A model generated the notes under the pieces. The model was not told the origin of the DNA. It made no database searches and saw only the letters and a list, made by a program, of their open reading frames with translations. A stretch of DNA of 64,000 bases from Eledone cirrhosa (Eukaryota), in NCBI GenBank assembly GCA_964016885.1, contig OZ024740.1, positions 298,096,001 to 298,160,000 of the forward strand, given 5' to 3'. Both the position numbers and the translations under genes were made by a program. Positions 37,201 to 49,904 of this stretch are shown here, one piece after another. Every line of letters begins with the position of its first letter. Positions within the stretch are counted from its first letter, which is position 1.

Positions 37201-38105
37201 GTTGTAGTAGTGGAGATTGTGACAGTGGTGGTGGTGGTGGTTGTAGTAGTGTAGATTGTGACAGTGGTGGTGGTGGTGGTGCTTGTAGTAGTGGAGATTG
37301 TGACAGTGGTGGTGGTAGTTGTAGTAGTGGAGATTGTGACAGTGGTGGTGGTGGTGGTGGTGGTGGTTGTAGTAGTGGAGATTGTGACAGTGGTGGTGGT
37401 GGTGGTGGTTGTAGTAGTGGAGATTGTGACAGTGGTGGTGGTGGTGGTTGTAGTAGTGGAGATTGTGACAGTGGTGGTGGTGGTGGTTGTTGTAGTAGTG
37501 GAGATTGTGACAGTGGTGGTGGTGGTGGTTGTAGTAGTGGAGATTGTGACAGTGGTGGTGGTGGTGGTTGTAGTAGTGGAGATTGTGACAGTGGTGGTGG
37601 TGGTGGTGGTTGTAGTAGTGGAGATTGTGACAGTGGTGGTGGTGGAGGTGGTGGTTGTAGTAGTGGAGATTGTGACAGTGGTGGTGGTGGTGGTGGTGGT
37701 GGTGGTTGTAGTAGTGGAGATTGTGACAGTGGAGGTGGTGGAGATAGTGGTTGTAGTAGTGGAGATTGTGACAGTGGTGGTGGTGGTGGTGGTTGTAGTA
37801 GTGGGGATTGTGACAATGGTGGTGGTGATGGTGGTTGTAGTAGTGGAGATTGTGACAGTGGTGGTGGTGGTGGTGGTTGTAGTAGTGGAGATTGTGACAG
37901 TGGTGATGGTGATGGTTGTTGTAGTAGTGGAGATTGTGACAGTGGTGGTGGTGGTGGTGGTTGTAGTAGTGGAGATTGTGACAGTGGTGGTGGTGGTGGT
38001 GGTTGTAGTAGTGGAGATTGTACAGTGGTGGTGGTGATGGTGGTGGTTGTAGTAGTGGAGATTGTGACAGTGTGGTGGTGGTGGTGGTGGAGATGGTGGT
38101 TGTAG
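31300..38105. repeat. 6.8-kb satellite, unit TGGAGATTGTGACAG(TGG)nTTGTAGTAG (~30-45 bp)
   Basis: About 200 units with a fixed core and variable triplet number. Occasional frame-breaking indels show it is not a maintained ORF. Confidence 0.97.
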
Positions 38106-38279
38106 TGGTGGTAATTGTAGTAGTGGTGGTGATGGTAGTGATAGTGTGAGGCGGTGAGGGTGAATATGGTGGAGGAGATGAATTCACATGGGTGGGAGGA
38201 GGAGTTATTTTGATGCTTATATGTGTGTATAATGTTTGTGTGTGTGTGTGTGTGTGCTACCACAAACTCTTAAGCACAG

Positions 38280-38321
<42 letters not shown>

Positions 38322-40428
38322 ATGTGTGTGTGTGTATTGAAAGAGATAAAGTTCGATAAAGAGGTTAAGGAGAAGGGGAGAAAGAAAAAGAAGTAATAGG
38401 TGTGGGGGGACAAAGATAGCATGATAAGAAAGAGCGAGGGGGAAGGAGATAGAAAGAGGAAGAGAGAAAGGAGGGAGGAGAGAAAGAGAGAGGGGAAAGG
38501 AAAGAGGAAAAGAGAGAGTGGGCGAAAAGGAGAGAGAAAGAGTTGGAGAAAGAGATAGAAAGAGGAACGGAGATAGAAAGGGGGTAAAGGAGTGAGGAAG
38601 GGGGATAGAGAGAAAGAGAGAAATTACAAATTATCATACAAAAAGATTCTGAGCCCATCACCTACAAAGAACCAGTTCAGTTAGAATAGACTTAAAACTT
38701 ACACCTAGCACTCACCATCCTGGCACTAATCAAGGACCAAGTTAGCAGTTGCATCTACTGATATACCTCCTAAAGTTCTCACACTTTTTCATCGATAAAC
38801 TATTCTGTAATTTGAAATGAGCAACAAATGCCTAAAGGTTCGTAAAATATTTCCCCTTTGTTTTTTGTTGTTATTTTGTGTGTGTGTGTGTGCGTTATTT
38901 TTTTAGGATCAGCCCTTTTTCTACAAACTGTAGTTTTCTTGTTGTTGTTGTTTTAGACGCAGGTAAACCTTGATGTAGTAAACCTATAATCAAAACTTGG
39001 GTTCTAGACTTAAGCCTTTTGATACCTTAATTCCAACCTGCGTGAACATCTCCACTCTGATTTAGGATATGGAACAGCTCCTTTTAAAGTGGTCATACTT
39101 ATATTTAAACCGTTCATCATCATTTTATTTAAAATGTTTTTCTTTGGTAACATTCTTGATTATTTTCAAAATGAATTGAAACATAAACAGTGTTTCATTA
39201 AAAATATGGTAATAAAAGTTTTAATTTACCACCTGATTTAATACCACCACATGGCCTATGTTTCTTTTTAACTGAGGTCACTCTGTTGCCCACATTTAGA
39301 CAAGGTCTCCAGTCTGAGGATATCTTTCACATTTCTCTTCCTCACCAGTCATGGAGCTCTTGAAAAGGGTTATGAATTATGCCATTTCTCCTCTGATTGA
39401 GCCATTTCAAAAAGATATTCCAGTTATGGCAATCTCGTCTTTTCTTTTAAACATAGTTTATCTAGAATTTACATTATCCAATGTCTCCCACATTTTTTCA
39501 AAGACAGTAGGTTTGATTTGAGAGAGACCTTGTTACTATTTATATCTGATGACATTGAAACAACTGTAGAGGATGATGTCATTGTTTTTATTTCAATCTT
39601 AGCATTGATCATCTCATTGTATCAAAAATATCATTTTTTTTTTAAGACAATATATTTTGAGAAGGTGCATGGCTTAGTGGTTAGAGCATTAGGCTTGCAA
39701 TTGAGAGGTTCAATTCTTTGACTGGGTGGTGTGCTGTGTCCTTGAGAAAGAACCTTATTTCATGTTACTCCAGTTTATTCAGCTGTAGAAATGAGTTGTG
39801 ACGTCACTGGTGCCAAGCTGTATCAGCCATTGCATTTCCCTTGGATAACATTGTTGGCATGGAGAGGGGAGACTGGTATGCATGGACGACTGCTGGCCTT
39901 CCACAAAAAAATCTTGCCCAGTGGCATTGCAACTCATTTCTACAGCTGAGTAAACTGAAGCAATGTGAAATAAAGTGTCTTGCTCAAGGGCATGACGCAT
40001 CATTCAGTCTGAGAATCAAACTCACAACCTCACAATCGTAAGCCTGATGCTCTAACCATTAAGCCACATAGTAAATTATGGGTAAAAAACTTTAAACATT
40101 CATAAACATGTGCCATTCAAAGTCAGAGAATATCAAATACTGCCTCAAAAATGTGTGTAGTTCTAAAATTTTCATAAAATAAACCCTACAGAATATATAA
40201 GCAATTTCTTTGGGAAAAGCTTAAATTTCTTAAACACTTATTTTCATTCCATTTTACCAATAAATATGTTGTGGATCTACTCTAAAAATAAACTTAAGAT
40301 TAAGATTGTGGTTATTGTTGTTTAGCCTTCAGCTCAGCTCTGATTGAGAACTATGATGAATTTTATTCTCTCTGTACCCACTCCATCTCCCGTGTAGATC
40401 TTGAACTACTTTATCTAATATATCCACT

Positions 40429-40647
40429 TTAACCCTTTAGCATTTACATTACATTATATTTACTATTGTATTTTAGTGGTAAAGGTTTTATCTCACATAA
40501 TTATCTCATATAATATCAAATCTATGAGATTTTGTTATTATTTATTTTGAGAATAATACCTTAACATCAGTCTGAGTGGCCAGTTTGAACAGAAAGAGGT
40601 GAGAGAATTCAGGCCAGATACAGCCAGTTTAAATGCTAAAGGATTAA
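40429..40647. mobile_element. piggyBac-type (TTAA) MITE; degenerate relatives at ~39010-39225 and 44200-45870
   Basis: TTAACCCTTTAGCATTT ... AAATGCTAAAGGATTAA termini. Confidence 0.7.
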
Positions 40648-42114
40648 AAAAGAAAGGTAATGTGTGATTTTGAATGACATTTTAACTACTATATTTATCA
40701 GATCAATCAACAATATTGAGGTTCCCTCATTAGATCATTGAGTCCAAAGTTGTTCTTGTAGTTTAGTATCCTTCCCACAAGCAGATCTATGATCAAATAT
40801 ATTCTAGCCATGACCATCTCATCTTATTGTATCTAGGATCACATAATATAATATGCCCTTCTTTTATAAGATGGGAGAATGTAATATGAAGGAGATTTAG
40901 TTTATATTTCTAGCAGGTTGAGAAACCACATAGAGACACACTCATGATGTAGTAGGTTTGTGGTTTGCTATAGTAATGTTTTGATGTGTTGTATTAATGT
41001 TATGGTGTGTTGATTTGGTGTTCTGGTGTGCTGTTTAGTGTTAAGGTGTGCTCTTGTAGTGTTCTTGTGCGTGCTTTATTAGTGTTCTGGTGAGTTGTAG
41101 TGGTGTACTGGTTCATTGAACTGGTGTTCTGGAGTGTCATTATAATAACCTGGTTTCCTGAAGAGGCATTGTAATGTCTGCCAGTAAGGTTCAATACGCT
41201 GTTTCTATATTCTAGTGTACCGTAATGTAATGTCCTTTATACACTGCTCTATAATGAACTCTATTGCATGGCATGTATACCAAAATATAGATATCAGTTT
41301 AGGAGGTTCAGTACCATACAATTACTCAGTAGATCAGATTAATGGGCACTAAGTACCCATCTCAAGTGTTTTGTTTTCTGTCCTAGCATTTATCCCACTT
41401 CAGTGCAGGGATGTTCTTCTCGTTTGTCGATCGATACGACTGAATGATACTCTAACAGATGCATTACTCAGTTTGATATTGGAAGTCTATCACCAATGAC
41501 TGGATCTCAAAGGCCCTATTTTCATGGTATGCAGTGATAATTTTAATGTGTGACTGACCCCTGCTTGTGTAGTTCTAAATCTAATTTTGTGCAATAAGTT
41601 TACATTTTTTGTCAAATATTACAGTGCATGCACATTGTGTTAATGATAGTTAAGAGTTAAACTACTTTAAAATATTTAAAATAGCCACTACAAATGCTTC
41701 TCAGACTCAGAAAATATCAAATATTGGGTCCTGGCACCTGCCTCAATGATGTCTGCAGTTCTAAAGTTTCTTGATATGTACAGTTCTAAACCTTGCTGCT
41801 ATGAGGAGGTTGGTGAGAGTAGATGGAAGGGGAATTTGGAATGCAAAGAAACACAGACAGAAACACAGAAACACAAAGAAACACAGACATCAAGGCATCT
41901 TGTCAACAATTCTGTCAATTCACAACCCTGAATTGGTATATTATTTATTGGTTTTGAAAGAATAAAAGTTAAAGGAGAACTCAGTGGGATATGAACAGTC
42001 AGAAAAAGTATCACAAAGCAGTTTAACCAATGTTCTAGCCACTTTGTCAATTTGCTGTCTTAGGTAAACTGGACACTATCTACTATTAACCTTCTGATAT
42101 AGTCATGGAAAAAA

Positions 42115-42565
42115 TCTACCTCCACTAGCATCAACGTAGGACGTTAGCCCATAAGACAAGTTCAAAAACAATATATATTTTCTCTAAAGTCAACAGATGT
42201 TAACTGATAAAACAAAATGAAAAATAGCATGAAATTCTACTAAAGTCACAGAGAAAGTTAACCCATTAAACATTATAAGCTCAGTATAGTCAAATCAGAG
42301 TGTTAGTCTATAAAAAAGATCACTAATAATATGTAATGTCACTAAGGTGAACAGTGAATGCTAGCCTGTAAGACAAGGCCACAATCAATTTGTACCTTCA
42401 TTAAGTTCATCAGAGGATGTTAGCCTATAAGACAAGGTGATAAACAATAACTTTAGTGTGACCAACACAAATGTTAGATAAGGTCATGAACAATATGTAC
42501 CTCTACTTATGGGAACAATAAATCTATATCATAAGGTCATGTACTCTATGTACCATCACTAAATA
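42115..42565. repeat. Old degenerate minisatellite, ~59-bp unit
   Basis: Recurring TGTTAGCCTATAAGACAAGG / CAATATGTACC / CACTAAGGTCAACAG motifs. Confidence 0.7.
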
Positions 42566-43547
42566 TATAACTAAATCCAAGGGCATCTGTATGTCTCAGG
42601 AAACTATGTATCTACACATGGAGAGTTCCACTCCAAAGGCCAGAGTTGAGCAAAATATTTTTAATGCATGCATGTTTCCTCCCTTCAAACCATCAATGTT
42701 GCTCAAGTGAAATTCAAAGATTGATATAGTTTGACACTATTGCAGGCGTTGCCATCAAAACACAAAGAACTAGCACATATATTGCAATGTTGCCCATTCA
42801 ACACTAACAATTCCACCAATCCACCACTCTTCACTGGTACTTTATTCATCGACCCTAAAACAATATAAAGCAAAATTGACCTCAACAAAATTTAAAATGA
42901 AAGTTTAGAGAGCCAGAAAAAATACCACAGACATTCTATTCAGTGCTCTAATGACTTATATTTCACCATCTTAATCCACAAATAATGCCCAAAGAAAATA
43001 ATTACCTCCACATAAAAACATACATAACTTACCACATGATTGTTCAAAGATTGTATTTGCCCTCAATCTACTAAAAACTACTAACACATTGATGAAAACC
43101 AACACACTATTTACCCAAAACCAAGACAATAGTTACATTCACTGAAATATTCCCATAAAATATCAATGCACCTGACATTTTGTATACCTCCCTTTATTTT
43201 CAAAAGATAGTTGTTAGAATTGTGGTCATCATCATTAAAGGGATTATGTTAATGTGCAGTTGACCACTGCTTGTGTTATCCCAAATCTAATTTTGTACAG
43301 TAAGTACATTTTTTGTTAAATATTACATGTTTACATGGTAAATGATAGTTAAGACTTAAAACACCCATAAAATGTAAAAAATAACCATTACAAATGTTTC
43401 TTAGACTCAAAGAATATGAAATACTATGTCATGTCACCTACCTCAAAGATTTGTGCAGTTTTAAAATTTCCTTAAAATAAAGCCTGCATCATAATGGTCA
43501 TTATCATCATTATCACCATTATCATCATTATTATCATTCTCTCCTTA

Positions 43548-43973
43548 GGGTGGTGGATTGGTAGTATCGGTAGAGAGTCGGACACCATGCTTTGCAGCAT
43601 AGAGTTACAGTCCTTTACGGGCTGAGTTCAAATCCCACCAAGGTCAACTTTGCTTTTCATCCTTACGGGGTCGATAAAATAAAGCACCAGTAACGTACTG
43701 GGGTCGATTTAATCGACTTCCCCGCCAAAAAAAATGACTGGCCTTGTGCCTATACTAGAAATCATTATTATCATTCTGCTCAGGGGCGGTGGATTGGCAG
43801 TATCGGTAGAAGGTCGGACGCCATGCTTTCCAGCATAGTTACGTCCCTTTACGATCTGAGTTCAAATCCCGCCGAGGTTGGCTTTGCCTTTCATCCTTAC
43901 GGGGTCGATAAAATAAAGTACCAGTAATGCACTGGGTAATTGCTGGCTTTGTGCCTAAAAGTAGAAACAATTA
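43548..43973 (+). mobile_element. Two tandem SINE family A copies in (CAT/TAT)n
   Basis: Consensus matches with flanking TTATTATCATTCT duplications. Confidence 0.9.
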
Positions 43974-45941
43974 TTATCATTCTCCTCAACATGATCAAGA
44001 TTGTCATCATCATCATCATCAGCAGTATCATCACCACAGCCACTATCTCCAATATCACCATCATTATCATAATTATCGCTATCCCTATGTCTACTTTTTT
44101 GATTATAATAATGTAGATGACTCTTGAAAAGACTATCACCTCATATCTGATACTCCTTATTCCAGCACCTTCCTGCTAGTGTAAAAAGTTGTTGCTCAAT
44201 TTAACTCTTTCAATACTAAAACACCTGAAGCCACCCTTGGTCATTTTATATGGCTGTTTGCTTTAAAATGTTTATCATCATCATGATCATTGTTTAACAT
44301 ACATTTTCCATACTAGCATGGGTTAGACAAGCTGTCCTGTTGTGAGACAAGCCAGGTCAGATGACCTTTTCTTGTTCATACAAAACTGATTTTGGCTAGG
44401 TTTCTACAGTTGGATGCCCTTTCTAAAAACATTCCATCATAATTTTCTGTAAGGACCTTTGTTAAATTATGTTCCAAACACCAGCTTAATAGGGGTAAAG
44501 TTATTTATATTACTAAATCTCTCTCTAAATTCTTTAATATTTTCAAAATTATTGAAAAATAGACAGTGCCTTTCATTACAAATATAGGAATGAAAGGGTT
44601 GAGCCATAGACTAGAGAAGTGATTTTTCCATTCTAGCTGGATGGTTAAATGTGGGTTTTCCCTATTCAAATTGAACCCAGTCAAAGAACTGGACAAGAAG
44701 TATCTTTTCTGCTTTTAAATATACATTAACTTGTTTGCTTTTTTTAACAGTTGATGATACCTCTTCATGCAACTTCATAGTCTGACATGAATAAAAAAAA
44801 TTAAAAAAACCTTGACCCTTTCATTATTATATTTCTAATTAAAAACAGTGCCTAAACTTTTTTTTATTAATTTTGAAAATAATAAAGAATTTAGAGGTAT
44901 TTAGTAATATAGTTAACTTTCTCATTATTAAATTGATTTTTGTAGTGTAACTTAAAGTTTCTTACATAAGATTATGATGGATAGTTTTTAGATGAATATA
45001 AACACTTTAAAATAAACAGCTTAGAACTAGGTGCAGTTTCAGGAGGTTTGGTGTTAAAAGAGTTAAAGGTTGGGTATTTTTAACCCTACTAAACCCTAAC
45101 TACATTTAAATGAAGACATTAACCCTTTTATTATCATATTTCTAATGGAAAGCACTACTTATATATATCAATTAATTTTGAAAATAATCAAGCATTTTGA
45201 GAAATTTAGTAATGTAACATATATATTGTTTTGTTATTAAGCTGATGTTCAGAACAACTTTAACCCTTTTGTTACCAACCTGGCCAAAACCTGCTCTGAT
45301 TCTATATAATAAAGTCACCCATTTTAAAGGTTCCCAATTTATATTAAAATCTTCCAAGATGATTTTATATAAGAATCTTACATGAAGTTACTATCTTAGA
45401 AATGAGATAATTAATAATTTTAGTAAATCCCTCAAAGTCTTCATTAATTAATTGAAATAGGGTGTATTTCATTGGAAATGCAGTGATGAAAGTGTTAAAA
45501 AATAGTTCTTACATAAAATATTTCTTGAAGGTTTTAATATAAGACTTGCCTACTAGCTTAAAAATGCGACCTCTACTATCAAACACTGGGTCATGGCACT
45601 TACCTCAAAGATTTGTGCAGTTCTAAAAGTTTCTTAAAATAAATCACCTTTACTCAAGCCCACTCATTACACCCATTTTTCCTCCTCTCATAACCCATTC
45701 TGTGTTTCCCCTCTCAAGCCCTACATTGTGCCCAAACATTCCTATGACAACACACTTAGCAATACTGATTGAGGTAGATTGGAGCTTAGATGTATGTTTG
45801 GCCAAGTGCTCAAACTGAACACAAACACCTCCTGACTGATGCATGCATTGGTATCAAAAGGGTTAATATTGTTCATTATATTTAGTAAAACATGCTAAAT
45901 AAGCATTTTCCAATAACAAATATTTGATTTAATATAGTATA

Positions 45942-45989
<48 letters not shown>

Positions 45990-46802
45990 TAAAAAAAGGA
46001 AAAGAATGACTTCTCTTGTAGTTCTAAACAATTTGATTTAATTTTATGATATTATGATTTTACAATTTGGGGAGATTTTTAAAGATTCCTGGTTCACTTT
46101 CCTGGAAAATTTTCTCGCACTCATCGGTAGCAATATATATGTATATCTGAGGTCAACTTTGCTTTTCATCCATTTAAGGTTGATAAAAAAAAAAGTCAAG
46201 CCTAGTACTGGGGTCAATTCTTCCTCTATATCACTTTCTCACATCCACTCTTTATCCTTCTCTGGAAGAAATCGTCTGTATTCAGACCTAGAGAGATGAG
46301 CTCCGCTAGGTTTTAAAATGCCCTAATAATGCCATATGTCAATATGGCGCCCCTATGACATCCTCGGGAGTTACACGTTAAGAAAAACAAAGTATAGTAT
46401 AATATTTGTGTATTTATTGACAGCAAGTCAAACATTCATAAAAAAAACATGGGGTTCGTATGTCCATGGACACACTGGGCAACTGTTCAGCATGACCAGA
46501 TATTAAGATAGCCATGGACTGAGATAAATCCAACCACTAGAAATAGAAAAAGGGTGCATCTTCAATGATAAGCTAGTTGTGTGTAAGACTAGTGCACAGC
46601 TTGTTATATGATCAAAGGAATGAAATCAAAAATTAGATAAGTCCTGCACTTAACAATTCTACTGAACTAGGTCAGCTGTTAAGTAATTTTTCATAAGTAA
46701 TTGTCAATGGCCTAACTATCAAGATAAGGGTTTTTTTTATTATTTTTATCTGGGATATAACGCCTCTGGAGAGTCTTCTTTCCATTGATGTTGTTGAAGT
46801 TG

Positions 46803-46860
46803 TTATTCTTTGGTCTCTTTTTTCTTATCGGCCTTGTTGTTGAGTAGTCTCAAGTCAGTG
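46803..46860 (-). CDS. Candidate terminal coding exon (xTDLRLLNNKADKKKETKE*), 3' UTR to ~46400
   Basis: Acceptor TCTGTTTCATTAG, one open frame to TAA, unique downstream sequence with AATAAA at 46413-46418 (minus). Confidence 0.35.
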
Positions 46861-46916
46861 CTAATGAAACAGATATATATACATTTATAGACATGTGTCC
46901 ATGGACACACACACAT

Positions 46917-46962
<46 letters not shown>

Positions 46963-47159
46963 CAAGTTTAAAGGATATATGTCGAGAGAGAGAGAGTCAT
47001 ATATCGTTTAAGAAACAGCATTTTGTACACATATATAAAGCAAATATTCAGGAAAATATACATACTTTAAGGTTGAAAAAGCCAAAGGTTGAAGAAGCAA
47101 AGAATTTCTGCTTTTATTCTATACAGGTGCTTTATATTTATTATCGCTATATATATATA

Positions 47160-47738
47160 TATATATAAAGTTGTTTGTTTGTTTGTTCACAAACTCCTAT
47201 GGTTTGGGAGATAGACCCCCATAACCATATATATTCTGAAACTACATTGCCCAGGGTACTTGGATAAGTATATTTCATTTTAATCAAAGAGTTCCCCGGG
47301 AGCACAAACCCCCGCTGAAAATATTTTTCCTTCGATTTATATGAAATTTAAATCATAGGTAAATGATAAGATATGATGCCTATTCACAAAATTTCAGCAA
47401 ATTTCAATAATATTAAAACACCCTAATGGGGGTTAAAATATATATAGTGAAAATTTTGGAAGCCCATAACTTAAGTATTGGAACCTTTATTATCACAGGA
47501 GTTTTTCTATTAATTAAACGTAAATCAACAAAAAAAACACCTCTCTTTTATTGTAAAATTTGGCTAATTTAGACATAATATCTATGGCAAAACATCACTA
47601 GAATTATGACAACAAAATATATTAACATTTTCCCTTTATTTTTTCTCCATACATTATATCTCTGATTTAAAATCAATCATTTTTTACAAAAAAAAAAAAA
47701 ATGTGTGAAATGCAGCAAGGCGAGGGTAATTCGGCTAG
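47160..47738 (+). mobile_element. Non-autonomous Helitron (same family as 8611-9293)
   Basis: Shared 5' (GTTT)n block and 3' GGGTAATTCGGCTAG|T end. Confidence 0.75.
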
Positions 47739-47917
47739 TATATGTATATATATAAACACAAATAATAGATCACCAAGGTTTAACAATTAATACAATATTT
47801 ATTTGATTTACATATATTTCATTCTTCACCAAAAAAATATTTTCAATATCTTTGTAGAGCAATCAGAATCAATTATATATAACAGAAATAAATACATTTT
47901 CTATGTTATATATATAA

Positions 47918-47990
47918 TTGATTCTGATGATCTCTCCACAAAGGTATTGAAAATAGTTTTCTGGAGAAGAATGAAATATATGTAAATCAA
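47918..47990 (+). ncRNA. Type-I hammerhead ribozyme within a 47755-48038 foldback
   Basis: TTGATT-CTGATGA-stem II (CTCCA/TGGAG)-GAAA-TATAT-GTA^-AATCAA. Perfect 6-bp stem I, GUA triplet, near-palindromic stem III. Confidence 0.65.
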
Positions 47991-48819
47991 ATAAATATTG
48001 TATTAATTGTTAAACCTTGGTGATCTATTATTTGTGTTATATATTTTCTGTGATTTACAAATCTACGATGGCTGGAAGTATACTAACTGGATTTAGCTCT
48101 GAACTGCCTTTCGACAATCTGGATATTGAAAAAAAACACATTTGAGCTTTAAACATCTGAATGCTTTATACTGTTGTATCATCAACTCATATAATTTACA
48201 TCTCTCTATATATATATATATATCATTTAACGTTCGTTTGGGAGATGTTTTCTTTTTTGTAGGAAAGGTTGAACAGGTTGTCATAGACTAAGTCAGTACT
48301 AAGAACTACTGACCTCACAAGTAGACCAAGAACCGCATATTGCTTACATACATTCCCACTCTGTACAGAGTGTATTGGGTGTATTTTATGACAACACCAG
48401 TACTAGGAAGGTCGTCATGTCTTTGAAACGACTAAAAAGTATTTTTGTTCTGATCCCTTGCTTGGCACGTTTTTTTTTTAATGACTGGATGCCCTTCCTA
48501 TCTCAAACCACTGAGTACATTTTAGTGTGATACCAGCCCAAGAAATGTTCTGATGTCCTCGACACAACTGAAGAGTCCTCTGAATTCTTTTTTAACATGG
48601 TTTCTACAGGTGGATGCCATACCTAACCAACCACTTTAAAGTGTGTATAGGGTGTGTTTTGTCATGCAATCAACACTAGTCTTCAATTTGTGAAGCTGTC
48701 TAAACGTATGTTATTACTCTAAGATGAAACAACCTTTTTGAGTGCTTAGCTGTACATTTCGGATTCCATTCATTAACTTGGCCGCAGCCAGAGCTTCGAT
48801 TCTACTGAACTTCCATTTG

Positions 48820-48876
<57 letters not shown>

Positions 48877-49264
48877 CTCAGGCTAATGAAAGGGGTAAAA
48901 AGAAAACTACCTAACCATAAACCTCAGCGAAATATGCATCAAGAAGATAAAAATAAACCTGAATACAACTGCATATAGCCTTTGATCAATCTAGTATTTT
49001 ATATATATATAAAGATGAAAACCAAAGTTGACCTCGGTGGGATTTAGTCTCAGTGAGCCAGAACAAATGCCATAAAGTATTCTATCCGACGTTCTAACGA
49101 CTGTCAATTCGCCACCTGTGTATATATATATATATATATATATGGTATCTGATTTTTAATGCGAGGAAAATACCAATGATGGTTGGAAAATCACTGACGA
49201 AGGACTATTTTTATCATATGTAACCCATGTGCAAACCACGCAGTATTCTTCTTTCTTCTCATGT

Positions 49265-49290
<26 letters not shown>

Positions 49291-49295
<5 letters not shown>

Positions 49296-49382
49296 CAAAA
49301 TGTTAACAAATTAAAAATATTCTCATAATCAAATATATTTTGATTATGAGAATATTTTTCATTTGTTAACATTTCGAATAAT
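49291..49382. repeat. Near-perfect ~90-bp palindrome after (TA)n
   Basis: TTATTC.AAATGTTAACAAAT.AAAAATATTCTCATAATCAAA-TATAT-TTTGATTATGAGAATATTTTT.ATTTGTTAACATTT.GAATAA. Confidence 0.9.
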
Positions 49383-49474
49383 ATTAAAAACTCCAGGAAA
49401 ACATCTGTTGAGTGCTTCTAATCTATTGTAAAATTATATTCGTTGAGTAATCAACGAACCATACTAATCTTTGG

Positions 49475-49519
<45 letters not shown>

Positions 49520-49904
49520 CACGTTTGTATTTAGAATACGGCGGTGAATGAAAATTTGAAAATCTAATAATTATTTTTTGCTTGCAGCCCGTTGTCAGGC
49601 GATGCCCATTAGGCGATACCTGGTTGTTTTAGCGCCTTAGCCTCGCCATCACTCGTGGTAATGTTGTGAACGTGTTGGTTTGCCTCAAAGTGTTCCGTTG
49701 ACCGTTATGATGTGGTGCCGATTGTTGCACTTGGTGGTGAATTGGTGGTCATTTTCGCTTTTGCTTTTGCTTCCCATTTTTGTGTATTATATTTGATATA
49801 TTTTTGTTCATTATATTTGTGAGGTTCCTAGCAGTAATTAATTGTATTTTTTCATGACGTTATTATTGTTAATTTTACTGATGTAGTATTAACTTGGATA
49901 TTTA

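Noticed and set aside
31300-38105. CRISPR-like regular array
   Set aside because: The spacers are only (TGG)n variants, not unique sequences. There are no cas genes and the context is eukaryotic.
31101-38263. Very long ORFs (1439-2347 aa) resembling mucin, extensin or His-rich proteins
   Set aside because: They are translations of a triplet-phased satellite. All frames are open and the peptide types swap at indels.
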